A stretch of DNA of 48,128 nucleotides. Origin: a bacterium (GTDB lineage: Bacteria > Patescibacteriota > Minisyncoccia > UBA6257 > 2-01-FULL-56-20). Positions 34,573 through 42,285 of the stretch are shown piece after piece. The notes beneath the pieces were generated by a model. That model saw nothing but the letters and a program-made list of their open reading frames with translations, made no database searches and was not told where the DNA came from. The position numbers were made by a program, and so were the translations under genes. Within the stretch, counting starts at the first letter, position 1; the number at the start of each line of letters is the position of its first letter. Location: positions 1 to 48,128 of the forward strand of contig JAKALK010000001.1 in the NCBI GenBank assembly GCA_021813155.1, read 5' to 3'.

Positions 34573-36084
34573 TTACTGCGAATTTTGCGGACCGGGCGCA
34601 TCTGTCACGGCAAATCCAGCCGAAATATCAAGGCTCGAACGAGCATAAGCTTTATCTTTTGGTATTTCAGTCCAAGAAACAGCATCAATTACGGCTCCAG
34701 AAACGTTATATATAGTAATTGTGTTGTTAGTATAGGCCAAAGAATACGAAGCGGGCCATAAAACATCAGCTGCGACTGTTCCTGTATATCCCCCATCGTG
34801 AGCGAGCAAAAAGTGCTTCCCCGCTGACACGCTCTTGCCACTCAACCGACTCGCCGCCACGAGCGACGACTCCGCCCCGCTCGAGCTCTTCTTTTTTATA
34901 TACCATCCCGTCAAATCCACCGCCTCGCTTCCATAATTATAAATTTCAATAAATTCATAATCCGCCGACGCGCTCGATCCAGCCATCACCTCGCTAATCA
35001 AAATCTTAGTCTCTAACGATACACTCGAAGAACTATTAGGCGGAGTCGTACTCGCTTCCCCTAAATTTCCTTCGGTCGATCCGGTGCCACTGGGTTGCGT
35101 TTGAGCAATTCCTCCTGCGTTCGGCGGAGTGCCATTTTCCGAATTTTTGGCTTTGGGCGTTCCGCCAACATTCTCGCTCGTTTGCCAAGCATGAAAGTTT
35201 AAATTTCTCTCTAAAGTTTTTTTCGAATTATTGTCTCCACCCCACGGCTCCCAACCATAATGAGCATTCACTTCGTCCACTAGTTTACAATCCGAATCAA
35301 AAAGCTTTAACCACTCCCCCGCATTCGACAAAGCTCCCACATAAATTTTATCAGCCGTCACCCCGGGAACAGAATCATCATCAGTGCGCTCCAACAAGAA
35401 AAACCCACCAGCAGAAATTTTATCCCCTTTCGAAAAAATTATTTTAATACTTTCATCTTCATTTTTTATCTGCCACCCACCCAAATCAAAACCAATTGGG
35501 CCGCCGAGCTCCATCCATTCGTCACTCGCCGAAACTTTACCTCCCATCCACGCAATCTCATTAAAGAAAACCTTTCGATTTAAATCTCCACTCAAAGAAA
35601 AATCACAATCGTGGACCGAGTTTGAAGTTTGATCCTTAATTGGTTGATCAGAATCTGGAATTGTTTGCTGACTCCGAGTGCTAGAATTTCTCTTTTCTCC
35701 CTCGCTTTGAGGATTTTTTTCTTGAAAACCAATATTTTGAACCGCCACCTCCTTAACCGAAGCCAAACTTTTTTCCTTATTTCCTGCTACTCCAGGAAAA
35801 AGCTCGCTAATTTTTTCTTCTGATTCGACTTCATTCTTTAAAACCGAACTTCTCCCTCCTTCGTTCGACAAACTAAACTCATAGACCGGCTCTGCTCGTT
35901 TTATTCCAAAAACATCGCTTAATGTCTTTCTAAAAGAACCTGCAAAATTACTCAAAAAAGAACTCCCACTCGAAAATCCGGTGTTCGTCACCAAGACTAA
36001 GACCAAAATAAACCCAGCAATCAAAGTAATCCAAAATTTTCTCCGTTGGTAAAATTTTTTATCTGAAAAATTTTCTTCTTCCAT
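34573..36084 (-). CDS. membrane-anchored protein with two lamin-tail-domain (LTD)-like modules
   Basis: 503 aa. N-terminal TM (FWITLIAGFILVLVLV). Module 1: FFNEIAWMGGKVSASDEWMELGGP...GGWQIKNED. Module 2: ISEVMAGSSASADYEFIEIYNYGSEAVDLTGWYIKKKS. Both fit the LTD pattern I.E......EW(V/I)EL.N.....L.GW. Confidence 0.7.
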   Translation of the reverse strand: MEEENFSDKKFYQRRKFWITLIAGFILVLVLVTNTGFSSGSSFLSNFAGSFRKTLSDVFGIKRAEPVYEFSLSNEGGRSSVLKNEVESEEKISELFPGVAGNKEKSLASVKEVAVQNIGFQEKNPQSEGEKRNSSTRSQQTIPDSDQPIKDQTSNSVHDCDFSLSGDLNRKVFFNEIAWMGGKVSASDEWMELGGPIGFDLGGWQIKNEDESIKIIFSKGDKISAGGFFLLERTDDDSVPGVTADKIYVGALSNAGEWLKLFDSDCKLVDEVNAHYGWEPWGGDNNSKKTLERNLNFHAWQTSENVGGTPKAKNSENGTPPNAGGIAQTQPSGTGSTEGNLGEASTTPPNSSSSVSLETKILISEVMAGSSASADYEFIEIYNYGSEAVDLTGWYIKKKSSSGAESSLVAASRLSGKSVSAGKHFLLAHDGGYTGTVAADVLWPASYSLAYTNNTITIYNVSGAVIDAVSWTEIPKDKAYARSSLDISAGFAVTDAPGPQNSQ

Positions 36085-36296
36085 CTCTTCAAGAGTAAAT
36101 TACAAAAAAACTAGCTCCTTATCTTGTTCTCAAAAACCCTGTCAAGGGGAAAACACCTCTCCCTCTTGCCAAGAACAACTTTTTCTTTTGAACTTTAGCC
36201 CGTGCTGAACGACATTTTTAAAGGCCGGATCTGTTCGGGCGAAATTCTTAACCACCATCATACCGATTTAAGCCCAAACTCGCAAACTAAGCCAAC

Positions 36297-36305
36297 TTAT
36301 CCACA
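36297..36305 (+). promoter_or_regulatory. perfect consensus DnaA box TTATCCACA in the divergent LTD/nrdJ spacer
   Basis: Read directly: ...gccaacTTATCCACAaggct.... A 7/9 variant, TTAACCACC, lies at 36248-36256. A single box is not statistically compelling on its own. Confidence 0.3.
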
Positions 36306-36483
36306 AGGCTCACTAAAAAATCCGGGTGTAAACTTAATCGCGGAAGAAATAAAAAATCAAAAAGTCGAGCTTACCCTCCCAATTTTCTAGACTCTAAGCC
36401 AGCTAACAAATTTTCCAATAAAACTAGTAGCGTCTTAAATTCCTTAGTGCTGGAAAATTAGCAGGGCAAGCAAAAAATAAAAA

Positions 36484-38775
36484 ATGTCCCCGAAAAAGAA
36501 CCATTTTAAAGAGGTCAGGAAAAGAGACGGTCGCATCGTGCCTTTTGAACAAGATCGCATCACCGACGCCATCAAAAAAGCCATGTTAGCAGCCCAAGAG
36601 GGTAACTCCGAAAACGACGCGGAGCGCGTCTCCGATCAAGTCGTTAACGCTCTCGCTCATAAATTTGAATCCACCCATATTCCCACCATCGAACAAATCC
36701 AAGATGTAGTCGAAACCCAGCTTATGGCAACCGGTTTTACTCAAACCGCAAAGGCTTACATTCTTTACCGGAATGAACGCGCCCGCATTCGAGAACAAAA
36801 ACGCGAAGTCCCCGAGCACGTCCGTGAGCTAGCGTCTCAAAGCAAAAAATATTTCCACAACCCTTTAGGTGAATTCATTTACTACCGCACCTACTCTCGC
36901 TGGATTGAAGAAGAAAACCGCCGCGAGACTTGGATCGAAACCATCGATCGCTACGTAGACTTTATGAAAGAGAATCTCGGCGATAAACTCAGCGCCGAAG
37001 AATATCGGGAAGTCAGAGAGGGTATCCTAAACCAAGAAGCGATGCCATCAATGCGGCTCTTGCAATTTGCCGGCAAGGCAACGCGATCCACTAACGTCTG
37101 CGCTTACAATTGTTCGTTTGTTGCCCCTTCAAAAATTCAAGACTTCGCCGAAATTATGTATATCTCGATGTGCGGCACTGGCGCCGGCTTCTCCGTCGAG
37201 AGTCAAAATATCCAACAGCTTCCTCAAATTAAAAAACAGAGTGGAGAAAAACTCCCTGTTCATATTATCCCGGACTCCAAAGAAGGGTGGGCAGACGCAT
37301 TGGCCTTTGGAATGAAAACTTGGTTTGATGGCAAAGATGTCGAGTTCGACTATTCACAACTCCGGCCGGCTGGCGCCAGATTAAAAACTATGGGCGGTAA
37401 AAGTTCTGGCCCCGATCCCCTAAGAGAACTTCTAAACTTTACTCGCACCAAGATCTTAAAAAAACAAGGCCGTCGATTATCGAATATCGACGCCCACGAC
37501 ATTATCTGCAAAATCGGCGAAATCGTTGTCGCTGGCGGCGTTCGCCGAAGCGCCCTCATCTCTCTTTCCGACTTAGATGACACCGACATGCGAGATGCTA
37601 AAAAAGGCGCCTTCTACACCACCGAACCCCAAAGATCGCTGGCTAATAACTCTGCTGTTTATCTACAAAAACCGCCCGCCACCGAATTTATGGATGAATG
37701 GATCGCCCTTATGAAAAGCGGCTCCGGCGAGCGAGGAATTTTTAACCGCGGTGGTCTATCTAAAACCCTCCCCGAACGCCGCCTGAAAGCCCTAAAGGGC
37801 CATATTGGCGAATTAGGCACTAATCCCTGTGGCGAAATTATCCTCCAAAGCAAACAGTTCTGTAATCTTTCCGAAGTCGTTGCTCGCTCTGAAGACACCG
37901 AAGAATCCCTACTTAGGAAAATCCGCCTGGCGACCATTTTAGGAACCTACCAAGCCACCCTCACTCATTTCCCTTACCTTTCAAAAGAATGGAGGGAAAA
38001 TTGTGAGAAAGAGAGGCTCCTTGGAGTCTCGATTACTGGCCAATGGGACTCTTTAGTTGTTCGCCAACCAGAAACCCTTAAAAAACTGCGCGAAGAAGCC
38101 ATTAAAATCAATAAGGAATACGCTCGTCGATTCAAGGTTAACGAATCCACTTGTATCACCTGCGTGAAACCATCTGGCAATCTCTCTCAAACTGTTGACT
38201 GTGCCTCTGGTCTTCACCCTCGCCATTCAAAATATTACATCCGCCGCGTCCGCATCTCTCACACCGACGCCCTATTCAAAATGTTGAAGGATCAAAAAAT
38301 CCCCTACCATCCAGAAGTCGGCCAAGGAATAGATACCGCCACCACTTATGTCGTTGACTTCCCGATTCAGTCTCCAGAGGGCGCCGTATTTAAAAATGAT
38401 GTCTCGGCCCTTGAGCTCCTAGCGTATTGGAAAGTAGTTAAAACTAACTTCACCGAACATAACCCATCCGTAACAATCTCCGTTGGAGAAAATGAATGGA
38501 TTGCAGTAGCCAACTGGCTCTACGAAAACTGGGATATCATCGGCGGGCTTTCTTTCTTGCCTCGCTCGAACCACGTCTATCAACTTGCTCCCTACGAAGA
38601 AATCACCGAAGATAGGTACTATGAATTAGCTGACAAATTTGTTGGCTTAGACTTCTCTCAAATCATGGCTTATGAAAAACGAGATGAAACCGACATTAAA
38701 AAAGAACTGGCTTGCGTCGGCGGGGTCTGCGAGATAGAAGATATCGCCATTGAAAAAACCTCTGCCGCAGTCTAA
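36484..38775 (+). CDS. nrdJ: class II (adenosylcobalamin-dependent) ribonucleotide reductase, monomeric RTPR-like type, with an N-terminal ATP-cone
   Basis: 763 aa. ATP-cone VRKRDGRIVPFEQDRITDAIKKA...AKAYILYRNERARIRE. From memory of the sequence, several blocks match Lactobacillus leichmannii RTPR: YYRTYSRW...ETW.ETI.R, LRPAGARLKTMGGKSSGPDPL, NPCGEIILQSKQFCNLSEV, and C-terminal CVGGVCEI. Confidence 0.85.
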   Translation: MSPKKNHFKEVRKRDGRIVPFEQDRITDAIKKAMLAAQEGNSENDAERVSDQVVNALAHKFESTHIPTIEQIQDVVETQLMATGFTQTAKAYILYRNERARIREQKREVPEHVRELASQSKKYFHNPLGEFIYYRTYSRWIEEENRRETWIETIDRYVDFMKENLGDKLSAEEYREVREGILNQEAMPSMRLLQFAGKATRSTNVCAYNCSFVAPSKIQDFAEIMYISMCGTGAGFSVESQNIQQLPQIKKQSGEKLPVHIIPDSKEGWADALAFGMKTWFDGKDVEFDYSQLRPAGARLKTMGGKSSGPDPLRELLNFTRTKILKKQGRRLSNIDAHDIICKIGEIVVAGGVRRSALISLSDLDDTDMRDAKKGAFYTTEPQRSLANNSAVYLQKPPATEFMDEWIALMKSGSGERGIFNRGGLSKTLPERRLKALKGHIGELGTNPCGEIILQSKQFCNLSEVVARSEDTEESLLRKIRLATILGTYQATLTHFPYLSKEWRENCEKERLLGVSITGQWDSLVVRQPETLKKLREEAIKINKEYARRFKVNESTCITCVKPSGNLSQTVDCASGLHPRHSKYYIRRVRISHTDALFKMLKDQKIPYHPEVGQGIDTATTYVVDFPIQSPEGAVFKNDVSALELLAYWKVVKTNFTEHNPSVTISVGENEWIAVANWLYENWDIIGGLSFLPRSNHVYQLAPYEEITEDRYYELADKFVGLDFSQIMAYEKRDETDIKKELACVGGVCEIEDIAIEKTSAAV

Positions 38776-38795
38776 AAAAGTTAAATAAAAAAACC

Positions 38796-38830
38796 AGTAA
38801 AATACCCCGTATTAGGCGGGGTATTTTACT
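38796..38830 (+). terminator. nrdJ terminator hairpin
   Basis: AGTAAAATACCCCG (38796-38809) pairs with CGGGGTATTTTACT (38817-38830), a perfect 14-bp stem with a 7-nt loop, 21 nt after the stop. The T-tract lies inside the 3' arm rather than after it. Confidence 0.65.
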
Positions 38831-38966
38831 AAATTCTAGACAAAAACGTTTCTGCGAGCATGCCATTTAAATAGAAGATAGAAGGTTGAAATTTTAAGAC
38901 CCAGCTTCAAAATTCCTTATCTTCTCTTGAAATCAAAAAATATTTTATGATAAACTTGTTGAAGAT

Positions 38967-39038
38967 TCCGGCATAGCTCAACGGTAGAGCGACTCCCTGT
39001 TAAGGAGTGGGTTCCAGGTTCGAATCCTGGTGCCGGAG
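38967..39038 (+). tRNA. tRNA-Asn (anticodon GUU), CCA not encoded
   Basis: Hand-folded cloverleaf. Acceptor TCCGGCA/TGCCGGA. D-arm GCTC-AACGGTA-GAGC. Anticodon arm ACTCC-CTGTTAA-GGAGT. Variable loop GGGTT. T-arm CCAGG-TTCGAAT-CCTGG. Discriminator G. 72 nt. Confidence 0.9.
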
Positions 39039-39102
39039 CAGAGGGCGGTAGCCCCCAAATTTAATTGGGATTATAATTTTTTGCTGTATTAAAGGAAACA
39101 AT

Positions 39103-39504
39103 ATGGCAATCCACAACGAAACAACAAAAGGAAACGAATTCCACCTCGGCACTCATATCATTGCAGAGTTTTTTGGTTGCTCCAATCTTGAAGATAAACC
39201 CTTAATCCAAGAAGGCCTAAAAGAAGCGGCCAGTCGCTGCGGAGCCACTATTATTCACACCAAATTCCACGAATTTTCCCCTCACGGCCTAACCGGCTAC
39301 TTACTTCTAGCCGAATCACACATCTCTATCCATACTTGGCCGGAATATCACTACGCCGCCGTTGACATATTCACTTGCGGGAACCTTAGGCCGGAAGAAG
39401 GGTTAAAACACTTAGAAAATATCCTGAAAGCTAGCAAAGTAAAAACTAAAAAAATTCTCCGCGGGCGAGAGTGCGGCCCATCTCTCGAAAACCCCGAGGT
39501 ATGA
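39103..39504 (+). CDS. speH: S-adenosylmethionine decarboxylase proenzyme (small prokaryotic SpeH/class 1 type)
   Basis: 133 aa. GTHIIAEFFGC...GLTGYLLLAESHISIHTWPEY..AAVDIFTCG, including the Glu-Ser self-processing site (AES) that forms the pyruvoyl group. Confidence 0.9.
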   Translation: MAIHNETTKGNEFHLGTHIIAEFFGCSNLEDKPLIQEGLKEAASRCGATIIHTKFHEFSPHGLTGYLLLAESHISIHTWPEYHYAAVDIFTCGNLRPEEGLKHLENILKASKVKTKKILRGRECGPSLENPEV

Positions 39505-40466
39505 CTTTAAGTCACCTCTCCGAACGCATCTTTTTGAATCTGATCCGCGCACCCAAAAACCAACTGACTATTTGGGAGCTCTCCCGCCGCTGCGGCTATT
39601 TTAAAAACGTAATTGCTGAAGTTGAAAAACTAAAAAAACAAAACCTCCTCGACCTCCAGAATAGTTCCGTAAAACTCAAAAACAAAAAGCTTCTTCCGCA
39701 ATATCTTTTTAAGAAAAACCGGCCCCTCTCCTCGGTTATCAGCGACTTCAAAAAATACGCGACTCGAGCCCGTTTCGACTCGCTCAAATACGACCAACTC
39801 TCATTAAGTCCATCAGGCATCAAAAACAAACTCTCTTCGCTAATCCATAACGGCGACCTCTTAAATCGAAGAGTGCTTTGCCTAGGTGACGACGACCTTA
39901 TGAGTGTTGCCTGCTCACTTACTCGCCTACCCGCAAAAATCAGCGTCTTCGAAGCTGAAATGAGCGTCATTAAGTTCTTAAAATCCACCTCGCCAAGACT
40001 CCCTATACCAATCCAAGTAATTAAGTTGAACCTCCTTAACTCCATACCCAAAAATCACGGGGGTTATTACGACACTATCATTACCGAGCCGCCAGAAACC
40101 ATTGCCGGGACTCTCCTCTTCGCCAACCGAGGAATAAAATGCCTTAAAAAAGAAGGGGTGTTATATTTAGGCATAACTGAAAACACCCTCTCCAAGGAAA
40201 GTTGGAGAATCATTGAATCAACCTTAACGGATTGGGGCTTGGTAATCACCGATATTCTCCGCAATTATGAGGAGTACTCTCTGGAAAAAAACCTTAGTCG
40301 CTCATGGAAAGATGCCGAGAAATTACCCCCCTGGATCACTAAACCCTCGAAATATCCCTGGTTTGTTTCAACTCTTATTCGGGCCGAACTGATTCAGAAA
40401 AGCAAATTGCCGGTGTTTAAAATCAAAAAACCAAACCAAGATTTAAGTTCTAAGTTGCTTAATTAA
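39501..40466 (+). CDS. DUF43-family aminopropyltransferase-like protein (BpsA / branched-chain polyamine synthase-like) with an N-terminal winged-helix-like domain
   Basis: VLCLGDDDLMSVA and YDTIITEPPETIAG match the GDDDL.S ... DPP.T..G motifs of DUF43/BpsA. I prefer the ATG at 39501, which overlaps the speH stop as ATGA; the ORF track start at 39471 is in frame but overlaps speH by 34 nt. Confidence 0.7.
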   Translation: MTLSHLSERIFLNLIRAPKNQLTIWELSRRCGYFKNVIAEVEKLKKQNLLDLQNSSVKLKNKKLLPQYLFKKNRPLSSVISDFKKYATRARFDSLKYDQLSLSPSGIKNKLSSLIHNGDLLNRRVLCLGDDDLMSVACSLTRLPAKISVFEAEMSVIKFLKSTSPRLPIPIQVIKLNLLNSIPKNHGGYYDTIITEPPETIAGTLLFANRGIKCLKKEGVLYLGITENTLSKESWRIIESTLTDWGLVITDILRNYEEYSLEKNLSRSWKDAEKLPPWITKPSKYPWFVSTLIRAELIQKSKLPVFKIKKPNQDLSSKLLN

Positions 40467-40471
40467 ACAAA

Positions 40472-40765
40472 ATGACTTTCAAAATCAAAAGTGGGAGTGA
40501 AAATTTAGCTTCGACAATGCGAAAGATCGGCTACCAGCCCATCAATACTAGTGATCGAGGCGAACTAAACTGTATTCGTCCCTTCTACGGCAACGACTAT
40601 CCGCGCTTCCATATATACGTGAAAGAACAGGGCGGAGAAATTATTATTAACCTCCATCTCGATCAAAAAAAACCCTCCTATCAAGGTAGTCACGCTCACT
40701 CGGGCGACTACGACTCTGAAACCGTCCGCGACGAAGCCGCCCGAATTCGATCCACCCTTAAGTAA
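40472..40765 (+). CDS. hypothetical small protein, 97 aa
   Basis: The ORF starts 5 nt after the stop of the BpsA-like gene and has native composition. No recognised motif (YPRFHIYVKE...INLHLDQKKPSYQGSHAHSGDYDS). Confidence 0.6.
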   Translation: MTFKIKSGSENLASTMRKIGYQPINTSDRGELNCIRPFYGNDYPRFHIYVKEQGGEIIINLHLDQKKPSYQGSHAHSGDYDSETVRDEAARIRSTLK

Positions 40766-40781
40766 GCTTTTTTAAAAAATA

Positions 40782-40809
40782 AAGGGCCGTCACTCTCGCG
40801 ACAGCCCTT
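40782..40809. terminator. shared hairpin terminator between convergent genes
   Basis: AAGGGCCGTC pairs with GACAGCCCTT (one mismatch) around an 8-nt loop. On the minus strand TTATTTTTT follows, which fits the 158-aa gene best. On plus it lies 17 nt after the 97-aa gene stop but lacks a T-tract. Confidence 0.6.
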
Positions 40810-40834
40810 CAGTTGCCTGTTTTCGGTTTCAGTC

Positions 40835-41311
40835 TCACCCGCGCGACTGGGGCCGGCTAGCGTTGAGGACACCGAGCGCTTGCGGGAATCCCATACCAGT
40901 CACCTCAATAATGGTAACCATAGGCATGGTCAGTTTCCGCTTCGGGAGACTCACGATCTTCCACCCCTTCCGGTGATCGATTTCTTTGGCACCCAGGCTC
41001 AATTCGTGCCGGAGAGAAGTCCAATAGATATCTCCGACCTCGAGAGCTTGGATGTTCAACCATGCGGCCTGTGCGTGAACATCATCGCACTCACCGGATC
41101 TGAGATCCTCTGAACGCTTCTCGCCGTGCTCCCGGAGGAGCTTATCGGCTTCATCGTGAAGCTGTTGTCCCACGCCCCAGAACCTCCGGAGCGCTTCCGG
41201 CACCTCGCCGATCACTTCCTCGCCCTCCTGAATTTCATCCGATACTTCTCTTGGATATTCCGAAGGTAGAGCGTCAATCCGCCCCAGGATTAATTTCAAC
41301 CACTCTGTCAT
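40835..41311 (-). CDS. hypothetical protein, 158 aa, acidic, no recognised domain; compositionally atypical
   Basis: I start it at the internal ATG (complement of 41309-41311), which is preceded by AAGGAGAgaac. The ORF track start (41371) adds 20 residues with no SD. G+C is higher than in the neighbours (32/60 for 40861-40920). It is the only minus-strand gene right of 36.5 kb. Confidence 0.55.
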   Translation of the reverse strand: MTEWLKLILGRIDALPSEYPREVSDEIQEGEEVIGEVPEALRRFWGVGQQLHDEADKLLREHGEKRSEDLRSGECDDVHAQAAWLNIQALEVGDIYWTSLRHELSLGAKEIDHRKGWKIVSLPKRKLTMPMVTIIEVTGMGFPQALGVLNASRPQSRG

Positions 41312-41432
41312 GTTCTCTCCTTGAATAGGGTTACAACCTGCAACCGCAACAAAACTGGCTACATCATACAATTAAAATCTGAAAAGTCAATGAAATTTGC
41401 TCGCTACCAGAGACCGTGAGAAAATACACAAC

Positions 41433-42203
41433 ATGAACTTTTTTCATGCGATCGTCCTCGGAATCGTTGAAGGGATCACCGAATTTTTACCCATCTCCTC
41501 AACCGGGCATCTTATCCTCACCTCAAAAACCCTTGGCCTCTCCGAAACCGAATTCCTAAAAACTTTTGAAATCGCCATCCAGTCAGGAGCGATTTTATCT
41601 GTTATTGTTCTTTATTTTAAAACAATCACCAAAAGTTTCTCTGTTATAAAAAAAGTTACGGTCGCCTTCCTTCCCACCGCAACTATCGGTCTCGTTCTAT
41701 ATAAAATTGTTAAACACTATCTCCTCGGAAACGAAATAGTAGTTCTGATCTCACTTTTGCTAGGAGGAATTTTTATGATTATTTTCGAAAAAACTCGCCG
41801 TGAAAAACTAGACGCAACAGAAGGCCTCGAAAACATTTCTTACAAACAATCTTTCATTATCGGCCTCTTTCAATCCATCGCAGTCATCCCCGGCGTCTCT
41901 CGCGCCGCCGCCACTATCGTCGGCGGCCTCACCCAAAACATCAACCGCAAAACCATCGTTGAATTCTCATTCTTACTTGCCGTTCCCACCATGGCTGCCG
42001 CTACCGGGCTCGACCTCATAAAAACTGCCGACAGTTTTTCTTTCTCCGAAATCAAACTACTCCTTATTGGATTTTTCGTCTCCTTTTTTGTCGCCATTTT
42101 CGCCGTCAAATTTCTCCTGAAGTTCATTCAAAATCACACCTTCGTCCCCTTTGGAGTTTATCGTATAATCCTAGCCTTAATCTTTATACTTTCACTTCTG
42201 TAA
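41433..42203 (+). CDS. uppP: undecaprenyl-diphosphate phosphatase (UppP/BacA)
   Basis: MNFFHAIVLGIVEGITEFLPISSTGHL is the canonical UppP N-terminus, and PGVSRAAATI is the second conserved motif. The ORF track start at 41397 is a TTG adding 12 non-conserved residues. Confidence 0.9.
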   Translation: MNFFHAIVLGIVEGITEFLPISSTGHLILTSKTLGLSETEFLKTFEIAIQSGAILSVIVLYFKTITKSFSVIKKVTVAFLPTATIGLVLYKIVKHYLLGNEIVVLISLLLGGIFMIIFEKTRREKLDATEGLENISYKQSFIIGLFQSIAVIPGVSRAAATIVGGLTQNINRKTIVEFSFLLAVPTMAAATGLDLIKTADSFSFSEIKLLLIGFFVSFFVAIFAVKFLLKFIQNHTFVPFGVYRIILALIFILSLL

Positions 42204-42285
42204 AAACTGTGGATTGACCTTGAAGAAAAAAAGAAGAAGAATATGGCTAGCTCCCTGAAATCTAGCGGAGCAGAGAGGAGGCCTT

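Noticed and set aside
36085-36483. A cobalamin riboswitch or NrdR boxes upstream of nrdJ, and the 62-aa ORF at 36202-36390.
   Set aside because: I could not find the B12-box core or paired NrdR-box palindromes by eye. The 62-aa ORF has no SD, no recognisable motif and low-complexity content. A proper cmsearch is needed before any claim.
38873-38925. A long imperfect hairpin (AGAAGATAGAAGGTTGAA ... TTCAA-AATT-CCTTATCTTCT) between the nrdJ terminator and tRNA-Asn, considered as a possible small RNA.
   Set aside because: It is AT-rich and imperfect, with an internal loop. There is no second copy and no flanking promoter or terminator logic beyond the nearby tRNA promoter region. The evidence is insufficient.
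39502-39504. An alternative genetic code (UGA recoded, as in some CPR lineages).
   Set aside because: TGA terminates well-conserved genes at the expected length (speH 39502-39504, atpH 46179-46181, the ParB-like gene 43570-43572). No conserved gene is interrupted by in-frame TGA. Standard code 11 fits.
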